From Candidatus Levyibacteriota bacterium (GTDB lineage: Bacteria > Patescibacteriota > Microgenomatia > Levybacterales > UBA12049): a stretch of 64,000 nt of DNA. The position numbers and the translations under genes are program-made. How positions within the stretch are numbered: the stretch's first letter is position 1; each line of letters begins with the position of its first letter. Below, piece by piece: positions 56,279-64,000 of the stretch. The stretch is taken from assembly GCA_029260905.1 (NCBI GenBank), contig JAJDCH010000002.1:15546-79545 (forward strand). Direction: 5' to 3'. Below the pieces are notes generated by a model. It had not been told where the DNA came from and made no database searches. It was given only the letters and a program-made list of their open reading frames with translations.

Positions 56279-57940
56279 TTACTCCTTGTCTCTTCCGATA
56301 AGTTCGTTGGTACGACCCAAGACCTCTCTCCAATTACCCATTCTCTGAAGCATCAAGACGTAGCTTTTTGCTTCTTTGACGTCAAAGAACCAGGTCAGGA
56401 AAAGATAGATTGAAAGTCCTGCAAGGGATGAGATACCAGTTAGGATCAAGAGATTTAATGTGCGTGTTGTATCAAAAACAAGCTGATCGAGAAGTTTTAT
56501 TGGTATGTAGAGCGCAAATGCTGTGAAGAATGATGCAGTTGCGATCTTAATCCATGATATGAAAAGGCTTGGAAGATGAAAACCCTTTGTTGTTTTATTG
56601 AGAAGAACAAGAAGAAGTATCAATTGTGAAATTCCTGCAATTGAATATGCCGCAGCTATGCTTTCTATTCCAAGCTGCATGGGAACAACAAAAATGTAGC
56701 CAAGCCCAAGCATGAAAAGCGTGCCAAGAACACCTGTGATAAGTGGGGTTTTGGTATCATGCAATGCGTAAAACGCACGGTAAGTAAGGGCAATAAGCGC
56801 TTGTGCAAAAATTGAAAGAGAGAAGAAGGCAAGCGTGTGGCCTGTAAGAACGGTTGCCTCCCAGGTAAGTTTGGGCGCTCCAAAAATTAGTCTGACAACA
56901 GGAATTCTAAGAACCAAAATCAAAACAGAAATAGGAAGAATAAGATAAAGCATCTGATTAAAACTAAGTATAAAAGTTGATTTAAAACTTTCAAGATTAT
57001 CTTTTTCTCGAGCCAATACAGGAAATGCTGCCTGGGCAATTGCTTGACCGATTAGCGCAACTGGTGCCCACGCAATTGTTTGAGCAAGATCGAAAATAAG
57101 GTAATTTGTTCCAGCTGATGGAAGAAAGGAAACAAGTGAGACAATAAGAATTGTGCCAGCCTGAAAAACAGCATTGGCAATTGTTCTTGGCCACATAAGA
57201 TGGGTTATTATCCGTAAGCCTTTATTTTTCAGATCAAAAATTGGTTTGTAGCTAAAGCCAATTTTTTTGACCATTGGGATTTGAAGGGAAATAAAAAGTA
57301 CAGCTCCAAATATAGTGCCAACCGCGCCTGAATAAATTCCGATAAAAGGAGAAAGAGTCACAAGGCCGACTATAATTCCAAGGTTATAAAGTGCTAACGC
57401 AAAACCAGGAATAAAAAAATGGTTGTATGATTGAAGGAGTGCCGTAAAAAACATCCCAATAACTAGAAGGAATTGTCCGATGATTATTATCCTGACAAGA
57501 TTTGTCATCAGTTGCATGTCAGCTGGTGTAAATCCACCACCAGGATTAAAGATAGTTAGAAAATATGGAGCAAAAATTAGAAGGATTATAGAAATTAATG
57601 AAAAGGCAGCTAGGCCAATTGTAAAGAGATTTGAGGCAATTCTATGTGCTTCCTGCTCTTTGTCTTTTGCTAGATAGCTTGAAAAAACAGGAATGAAAGC
57701 ACTTGATAAAGCCGATGCGATAATAAGCTGAAAAATAAAATCAGGAAGTTTATATGCAACATCATAGACACCAATTATATTTGATGTCCCAAAAAGAGAA
57801 ATAAGAATACGTTTCTTAAATACTCCAAGGAGTTGCGATAAGACAACTGTTGTCATGATGACAAATGCAGCAGACAGGATGTTGTTTTGTCTTCTTGTCA
57901 GAAGATCAAAGCTTTTTGATAAGAAATTGTTTTTTGTCAT
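56279..57940 (-). CDS. murJ: lipid II flippase MurJ (MviN)
   Basis: ~14 TMs, AYKLPDFIF, ALSSAFIPVF, RAFYALHDTKTP. Confidence 0.92.
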   Translation of the reverse strand: MTKNNFLSKSFDLLTRRQNNILSAAFVIMTTVVLSQLLGVFKKRILISLFGTSNIIGVYDVAYKLPDFIFQLIIASALSSAFIPVFSSYLAKDKEQEAHRIASNLFTIGLAAFSLISIILLIFAPYFLTIFNPGGGFTPADMQLMTNLVRIIIIGQFLLVIGMFFTALLQSYNHFFIPGFALALYNLGIIVGLVTLSPFIGIYSGAVGTIFGAVLFISLQIPMVKKIGFSYKPIFDLKNKGLRIITHLMWPRTIANAVFQAGTILIVSLVSFLPSAGTNYLIFDLAQTIAWAPVALIGQAIAQAAFPVLAREKDNLESFKSTFILSFNQMLYLILPISVLILVLRIPVVRLIFGAPKLTWEATVLTGHTLAFFSLSIFAQALIALTYRAFYALHDTKTPLITGVLGTLFMLGLGYIFVVPMQLGIESIAAAYSIAGISQLILLLVLLNKTTKGFHLPSLFISWIKIATASFFTAFALYIPIKLLDQLVFDTTRTLNLLILTGISSLAGLSIYLFLTWFFDVKEAKSYVLMLQRMGNWREVLGRTNELIGRDKE

Positions 57941-58006
57941 AATTGAATAATATTATGTAGCTTTGTGATGATTGTCTTTTTAAGTATATCATGGTAAAAT
58001 ACCTCT

Positions 58007-58369
58007 ATGCCAATACTAAAACACGCAAAGAAAAAATTAAAACAAGATAAAAAAAGAACTGAAAGAAATAAGCTGGTGAAAGTAGCTTTTAAAAAAGCTG
58101 TTAAAAAAGCACGCGAAACAAAAACCCCAAAGAGTCTTAGCGAGGCATTTAAGGCAATTGACAAGGCAGCAAAGGCAAACATCTTTCATAAAAATAGAGC
58201 AGCAAGAATCAAATCATCTCTTTCAAAATTAGTCGGAAAATCAGCACCAGTTGCAAAAAAAACAGTTCCCGTAACTAAAACAGAAAAAGCAAAGCCTGTC
58301 TCCAAAACAAAAACCGCAAAGATAAAAACTCCTACGAAGAAGAAAGCCTCTCCTAAAAAATCAAAATAA
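58007..58369 (+). CDS. rpsT: 30S ribosomal protein S20 with a Lys-rich C-extension
   Basis: MPILKHAKK...IDKAAK.NIFHKNRAARIKS. Confidence 0.93.
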   Translation: MPILKHAKKKLKQDKKRTERNKLVKVAFKKAVKKARETKTPKSLSEAFKAIDKAAKANIFHKNRAARIKSSLSKLVGKSAPVAKKTVPVTKTEKAKPVSKTKTAKIKTPTKKKASPKKSK

Positions 58370-58422
58370 TCCCCCTTTTTAATACTTTATACTTAATACC
58401 AAATACTTTATACTACTAACGT

Positions 58423-59679
58423 ATGTTTGACATTAAACTAATCCGCGACAATCCTGAGCAAATTCAAAAATCTGCAAAAGATAAGAGAATTGATATTGAT
58501 GTAAAAAAGATTCTTGAAATTGATAAAAAAGAATCTGAGCTTCAGAAAAAAGTTCAATCCCTTCAGGAGAAAAGAAACGCTTTTAATAAGGAAATAAAAG
58601 GCAAGCCGAGTGCTGAGCAGATCGAAAAAGGAAAAAAGATAAGAGAAGAGCTTGTAGCACTAGGGACAGAATTTAACAAAACAAAAGAAGAATTAAACGT
58701 ATTGCTTCTTCAGATTCCAAATCCAGCAAAACCTGATGTAAAGGCGGGAAAAGATGAGTCAGAAAATGATGTTATCCGAAAATGGGGAGAGATTCCTAGG
58801 TTTTCATTCAAACCAAAAGATCATCTAGGGCTTGGAGAGGCGCTTGGAATAATAAATATTGAAAAAGCAGCAAAGGTTTCTGGAACCCGCTTTGCATATC
58901 GGATGGGCGATATGGTTCTTTTGGAGTTGGCGCTTGTTCAGTATTCAATGGATTTTCTGGTCAAGGAAGGATTTATCCCAGTTATCCCACCTGTTCTTGT
59001 CAAAAGAGAGGTAATGCAAGGTCTTGGATATATGGAAAATGGTGGCGAAGAAGACATGTTTCAGTTGAAAGAAGATGGATTGTTTTTGGTCGGAACAGCA
59101 GAGCATTCACTTGTTCCGATGCATAAGGATGAGATTTTGGACATCAAAGACTTGCCAAGACGTTACGTAGGGTATTCGACATCATTTAGAAGAGAGGCTG
59201 GATCATATGGCAAAGATACAAGAGGAATTTTTCGCAATCACCAGTTCAATAAAGTTGAAATGGTTTCATTTGTCGCTGCAGGCGAGGATGACCATGAAAA
59301 TGATTATTTATTGGGACTTGAAGAAAAGATGTTCCAGGAGCTTGAGATTCCCTACCAGGTAATAAAAATGTGTACAGGAGATCTTGGTTTTCCAGCAGCC
59401 CGTAAATATGATATCGAGGCATGGATGCCAGGGCAAGAAAAATATCGCGAAGTTACATCTGTTTCAACTGTTACAGATTTTCAGTCAAGGCGTCTGAACA
59501 TGAAGTATCAAGATGGATCTGAGAAAAAATATTTGCAGGTTTTAAATGGTACAGCTTTTGCAATGTCTAGAACTCCAATTGCGATTCTCGAAAATTATCA
59601 GCAGGAAGATGGCTCAATTGTGATTCCTGAAATTTTGAGAAAATATATGAACAAAGAAAAGATCAGTAATATGAAGTAG
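58423..59679 (+). CDS. serS: serine--tRNA ligase
   Basis: MFDIKLIR, GTAE, FRREAG..GKDTRGIFR.HQF.KVE, LNGTA. Confidence 0.97.
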   Translation: MFDIKLIRDNPEQIQKSAKDKRIDIDVKKILEIDKKESELQKKVQSLQEKRNAFNKEIKGKPSAEQIEKGKKIREELVALGTEFNKTKEELNVLLLQIPNPAKPDVKAGKDESENDVIRKWGEIPRFSFKPKDHLGLGEALGIINIEKAAKVSGTRFAYRMGDMVLLELALVQYSMDFLVKEGFIPVIPPVLVKREVMQGLGYMENGGEEDMFQLKEDGLFLVGTAEHSLVPMHKDEILDIKDLPRRYVGYSTSFRREAGSYGKDTRGIFRNHQFNKVEMVSFVAAGEDDHENDYLLGLEEKMFQELEIPYQVIKMCTGDLGFPAARKYDIEAWMPGQEKYREVTSVSTVTDFQSRRLNMKYQDGSEKKYLQVLNGTAFAMSRTPIAILENYQQEDGSIVIPEILRKYMNKEKISNMK

Positions 59680-59842
59680 ACATTAAGAAATGTTTGTGTG
59701 ATTTTTGGCTCCAGATCAATCTAAATCCTCATTTTTGAAGCAGGAAGAATTCTTGACAAGTATTTAATAAAAGAGAGAATATTAAATTGGATTAAGACCC
59801 TCCTATGCATAAAGCCCAGGAGGGCAAAGGGGGTGATTCTCC

Positions 59843-59884
59843 ATGCCAGCAAAGAAAAAAGCCAAAAAAGCTAAAAAAAAGTAA
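59843..59884 (+). CDS. 13-aa Lys-rich micropeptide MPAKKKAKKAKKK
   Basis: Strong SD AAAGGGGGTGA 6 nt before the ATG; TTGACA at 59753 upstream; terminator downstream. Confidence 0.6.
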   Translation: MPAKKKAKKAKKK

Positions 59885-59919
59885 CTTAATAAATATAAAG
59901 CACCAATTGATCAATTGGT

Positions 59920-59955
59920 AAAACCCCTTTTCAGGAATGATGAGGGGTTTTTTTT
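59920..59955 (+). terminator. intrinsic terminator after the micro-ORF
   Basis: AAAACCCCT...AGGGGTTTT stem with an inner TCA-GGAA-TGA loop and a T8 run. Confidence 0.7.
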
Positions 59956-60009
59956 GAACCTGAAATGTGCTAGTATGAGATGCAATTGTAATTTTTTACA
60001 GTCAGTAAT

Positions 60010-62775
60010 ATGTTAGGAGTATTAAATAGATTATTTGATAGTAACAACCGTGAGATATCCAAACTTCAGCCAATTGTTGATGAGATAGAGTCTTTTTCAA
60101 AAAAGTTTGAGAAACTGAATGACAGTGATTTCCCCAAAAAAACAGAAGAGTTTAAGAAGAGAATAGCAAAAGGGGAAGATCTGTTTTTGGTTTTACCTGA
60201 AGCTTTTGCATTGACTCGTGAAGCGGCAAGAAGAACCCTTGGGCTTTATCACTATGAAGTTCAACTTATGTCTGCAATAGTTCTTGCTCAAGGTAGAATC
60301 TCTGAACAGAAAACAGGAGAAGGAAAAACTTTATCAGCAGTTCCAGCACTTTATTTACATAGTTTAACAGGAAAAAGCGTTCATCTTGTCACAGTCAATG
60401 ACTACCTAGCACGTCGTGATGCGGGGTGGATGGGTCCTGTTTTTGAACTTTTAGGAGTCAGTGTTTCATCAATAATTAGTGAGCGTTCTTTTATTTATGA
60501 TTCAAAGTTTAAGCAGGAAGATGCATCAGAATATCGTCTTTTACATCTAAAACCAGTAAGTAGAAAAGAAGCATATGATGCTGATGTTGTTTATGGAATT
60601 AACTCTGAGTTTGGTTTTGATTATCTTCGGGATAATATGGCTCAAGACATAAATAGGGTTGCTCAAAGAGGCTATCATTTTGCAATAGTTGACGAAGTAG
60701 ACTCAGTACTTATTGATGAGGCTAGAACGCCGCACATTATTTCTGCACCTGATGAATCTCCTTCTGCCAAATATTTTGAGTATGCAAAGGTCGTTGATAA
60801 GCTAACCCCAGATGTTGATTATAAAATTGATGAAAAGCTAAGAACAGCCCATCTTACAGATCATGGAATAGGAAAAATTGAAAAGCTTTATGGAATCAAT
60901 GATATTTATGAAAAAGATTTTGATACTGTATATCATCTTGAAGCAGCACTGAAGGCGCGTACTCTTTTTAGAAAAGAAAAAGATTATATAGTTAAGGACA
61001 ACCAGGTTATACTCGTTGATGAATTCACAGGACGTTTGATGGAGGGTAGAAGGCTTTCTGATGGAATCCATCAAGCAATTGAAGCGAAAGAAAATGTAAC
61101 TATTCAAAAAGAATCAAAAACACTAGCAACTGTTTCTCTTCAGAATTATTTTAGAATGTATGATGTTCTTGCAGGCATGACAGGAACTGCTGTGACAGAA
61201 GCGCAGGAGTTCAAAAAGATTTATGATCTTGATGTTGTTGTTATTCCAACCAATAATCCGGTTAAGCGTGAAGATTTTCCTGATGCAGTTTACAAAACAG
61301 GCAGAGGTAAGTTGTCAGCAGTTGTAGCTGAAATTGAAAAAGCTCATAAAAAAGGACAACCTGTACTGGTGGGCACTACATCAATTGAGAAAAACGAAAT
61401 AATCGGTCAATCTCTCAAAAGACGAGGGATAAAATTTGAACTTCTTAATGCCAAAAATCATTTGAGAGAGGCTGAAATTATCTCCCAGGCTGGAAGAAGG
61501 GGTGCAATTACTGTTGCGACTAACATGGCAGGAAGAGGAGTTGATATAGTTCTTGGAGGTGAGACACTAAAGAAAAAAGATGGTACTGTAAATAAAAGCT
61601 CAGCTGAGTATAAAAAATGGCAAAAAGAACATGATGAAGTGATAGGGCTTGGTGGGTTATATGTTATAGGAACAGAAAGACATGAATCAAGAAGAATTGA
61701 TAATCAGCTAAGGGGAAGATCGGGTAGGCAAGGGGATCCTGGCGCATCAAAATTTTTTGTATCACTTGATGATGAGATAATGAGACTTTTTGGCGGGGAC
61801 AGGATAGCAGGTCTTATGAGTAGATTTAATATGCCTGAGGATGTACCGCTTGAACACGGACTGGTCTCTAAATCAATTGAAAATGCGCAAACAAAAGTTG
61901 AGGGATTTTATTTTGATCAGAGAAAACACGAAGTTGAGTATGATGATGTGCTGAATAAGCAAAGAGAGATTATTTACTCGCTCAGAAGAAAAGCGCTTGA
62001 ATCAACAATTGATGGTGGGTCAAAATTAAAAGAGGAAATACTTGATAGGTTGCACGATCAAATATCAGATTTTGTTAATATGATACCTGCTGATGTAGCC
62101 ACAAGAACAGGAGGCGCTGATTCTGTAAATGAAAAAATTATTGAAAATTTTGTTGCTATAGTTCCATTTGATCCAGCATCCCAAAAGCAACTGGTAAAAC
62201 AGCTGGAGCAGATTCATACAACAGATGAAAAAAAGGAGTTTCTCGATAAGCTGATTGATGATTTGTATAAAAAACGGGAACAGGATTTGACAGAAAAAGT
62301 AATGCGACAGATTGAGAAATTTGTAATGTTAACAGTAATTGATAATCTCTGGATGAATCATCTGGATGCTATGACAAACCTTAGGGGAGGCATAGGGCTT
62401 CGTGGATATGCACAGAAAGATCCGTTGGTTGAGTATAAAAATGATGGATTTAGCATGTTTGAGAAATTAATGGCAAGTATAAATGACGAGATTGTCAGGA
62501 GAATCTTTAGGGTACAAGTGCAAGAACAGACTCACACACACGCTGATGGATCAGTTCACACAGGGCCTATGCATTCTCCCACAGATTTAGGAAAAGCTGC
62601 TTCGCCTCTTGCAAATGCAGTTACAAATACGCCAGCAAGTGAGGTTTCAGAAGATGTCAAAAAGCCTGTTATTTCGGCTAAAAAAACGCAAAATAAATTA
62701 AGCCGAAATGACCCATGTTGGTGCGGCTCGGGAAAGAAATGGAAGAAATGCCATTATCCGGCAACTGGTGAGTAA
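60010..62775 (+). CDS. secA: preprotein translocase ATPase SecA
   Basis: KTGEGKTL, VDEVDS.LIDEARTP, ATNMAGRG, HESRRIDNQLRGRSGRQGDPG, SEC-C motif CWCGSGKKWKKCH. Confidence 0.98.
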   Translation: MLGVLNRLFDSNNREISKLQPIVDEIESFSKKFEKLNDSDFPKKTEEFKKRIAKGEDLFLVLPEAFALTREAARRTLGLYHYEVQLMSAIVLAQGRISEQKTGEGKTLSAVPALYLHSLTGKSVHLVTVNDYLARRDAGWMGPVFELLGVSVSSIISERSFIYDSKFKQEDASEYRLLHLKPVSRKEAYDADVVYGINSEFGFDYLRDNMAQDINRVAQRGYHFAIVDEVDSVLIDEARTPHIISAPDESPSAKYFEYAKVVDKLTPDVDYKIDEKLRTAHLTDHGIGKIEKLYGINDIYEKDFDTVYHLEAALKARTLFRKEKDYIVKDNQVILVDEFTGRLMEGRRLSDGIHQAIEAKENVTIQKESKTLATVSLQNYFRMYDVLAGMTGTAVTEAQEFKKIYDLDVVVIPTNNPVKREDFPDAVYKTGRGKLSAVVAEIEKAHKKGQPVLVGTTSIEKNEIIGQSLKRRGIKFELLNAKNHLREAEIISQAGRRGAITVATNMAGRGVDIVLGGETLKKKDGTVNKSSAEYKKWQKEHDEVIGLGGLYVIGTERHESRRIDNQLRGRSGRQGDPGASKFFVSLDDEIMRLFGGDRIAGLMSRFNMPEDVPLEHGLVSKSIENAQTKVEGFYFDQRKHEVEYDDVLNKQREIIYSLRRKALESTIDGGSKLKEEILDRLHDQISDFVNMIPADVATRTGGADSVNEKIIENFVAIVPFDPASQKQLVKQLEQIHTTDEKKEFLDKLIDDLYKKREQDLTEKVMRQIEKFVMLTVIDNLWMNHLDAMTNLRGGIGLRGYAQKDPLVEYKNDGFSMFEKLMASINDEIVRRIFRVQVQEQTHTHADGSVHTGPMHSPTDLGKAASPLANAVTNTPASEVSEDVKKPVISAKKTQNKLSRNDPCWCGSGKKWKKCHYPATGE

Positions 62776-62899
62776 GTTTCTAATTTTTTGCTAAAAAGGT
62801 AAATGATTAAAGCATATCTGACCCAGTTTGTTGTTTTAGATTATTTTTTCTGATTTCCCCTGTTGCAATTTCTGATGTTTTATTTTAAAATTCTGGTTA

Positions 62900-63643
62900 A
62901 TGGAATTGATAGTTATACTGTTTGTCCTCCTTGTTCTACTTGCCTCAATTAAACAAATCAATGAATATCAAAGGGGTATCAAATTTTCATTTGGAAGATA
63001 TAGTGGCATGATGAATCCAGGATGGAGGATTGTTCTTCCAATAATTCAATCTTATCAGAAGGTTGACATCAGAACCAAAGCGGTTGATGTACCTGATCAG
63101 GAGGCAATTACCAAAGATAATGTTTCAGCAAGCATCTCTGCAGTTATTTATTATAAAGTAGTGGATGCGTCAAAGGCGGTTTTGGAGGTGGAGAATTATT
63201 TTCAGGCAGTTCATCAGCTTGCTCAGACAACTATGAGAAATGTGGTAGGTGAGGTAGATCTTGATTCTCTTCTTGCAAATCGTGATGCTGTTGCTGAACG
63301 GATAAGAGACATTGTCAAAAAAACAACAGATGATTGGGGAATTGAGGTTATATCGGTTGAGCTGAAAGACATTATACTTCCAGATAGCATGAAGAGAACC
63401 ATGGCCAAGCAGGCAGAAGCAGAGCGAGAAAAACGCGCAACAATTATTAACTCAGAAGGGGAAGTGATAGCTGCGAGTAATCTTTCAAAAGCTGCCAAGC
63501 TGATGAGTAATTCACCAGGTGCGCTTCATCTGAGAACTCTTAATTCAATAAATGATATTTCATCAGATCAGTCAAATACAATTGTTTTTGCGACACCGAT
63601 TGAAGTTCTAAAAGCCCTTGAGGGATTCACTAAAAAGAAGTGA
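62900..63643 (+). CDS. SPFH/stomatin (slipin) family protein
   Basis: N-terminal TM, ITKDNVS, AQTTMRNVVG..DLD, QAEAEREKRA, ALHLRTL. Confidence 0.93.
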   Translation: MELIVILFVLLVLLASIKQINEYQRGIKFSFGRYSGMMNPGWRIVLPIIQSYQKVDIRTKAVDVPDQEAITKDNVSASISAVIYYKVVDASKAVLEVENYFQAVHQLAQTTMRNVVGEVDLDSLLANRDAVAERIRDIVKKTTDDWGIEVISVELKDIILPDSMKRTMAKQAEAEREKRATIINSEGEVIAASNLSKAAKLMSNSPGALHLRTLNSINDISSDQSNTIVFATPIEVLKALEGFTKKK

Positions 63644-64000
63644 TTATTTTTTATTGAGGGTTTTTATTATTTGTGATATTATGGCGTGATTTTTGGTCAG
63701 CGCCCCGTTTTTTCGGATTAACAAACCGTATTCCCGTATCCATTTGACGGGTGTTTTTTGGACTCTTAAAATTTTTTGTTTAAGTTCAGATCTTATATAA
63801 TTCTTTGGAAGAAGCGTAACCCCTGTTCCAAGTATTGCTAGTTCTTTCATGAAAGTAACACTTGTTGATTGAGCAATTATATTTGGATTTATGTGTTTTT
63901 TTATAAAATTAAGATCAATTTGTGCTCTAGTTTTTGATCCTGTTGCATAGAGAATAAAAGGAATCTTATCAAGATTATTTTTAAAATTTGTTGATGAAAC
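63644..64000 (-). CDS. LysR-family regulator, C-terminal substrate-binding part (partial)
   Basis: Frame open to the window edge: PFILYATGSKTRAQID..F...INPNIIAQSTSVTFMKELAILGTGVTLLP. Confidence 0.7.
   Translation of the reverse strand, partial: VSSTNFKNNLDKIPFILYATGSKTRAQIDLNFIKKHINPNIIAQSTSVTFMKELAILGTGVTLLPKNYIRSELKQKILRVQKTPVKWIREYGLLIRKNGALTKNHAIISQIIKTLNKK

Overview
This is a gene-dense, AT-rich bacterial chromosome segment using the standard code (TGA = stop). Several traits point to Patescibacteria/CPR, probably Microgenomates: short IF2 and AlaRS, VirB2-like pilins, a baseplate-J fusion, a sortase, an archaeal-type AMP phosphorylase and many ORFans. That placement is inference, not a database result. 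Housekeeping content is hrcA-grpE-dnaK-dnaJ, nusA-infB, rpsO-pnp, rnj, ftsK, mltG, alaS, rpoB-rpoC-rpsL-rpsG, lepA, groES-groEL, murJ, rpsT, serS and secA. The best candidate for an undescribed system is 5636-14868: a VirB2-like pilin, a VirB6/TrbL-like polytopic membrane protein, a Clp/Hsp100 ATPase with no M-domain or ClpP loop, a small membrane protein, and a membrane-anchored Clp with a dead first ATPase ring. The membrane protein and the first Clp share an ~80-aa helical repeat, visible by eye, that I do not recognise. Other highlights are a SAM-I-like riboswitch at the left edge, two CIRCE elements, a protease-less Lon, a stand-alone 13-aa Lys-rich micro-gene, an unannotated 51-aa ORF, a C8-frameshifted gene, apparently frequent leaderless promoters and heptamer-based intergenic palindromes. 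I saw no rRNA, tRNA, CRISPR array or transposase. All family assignments come from motif recognition by eye.
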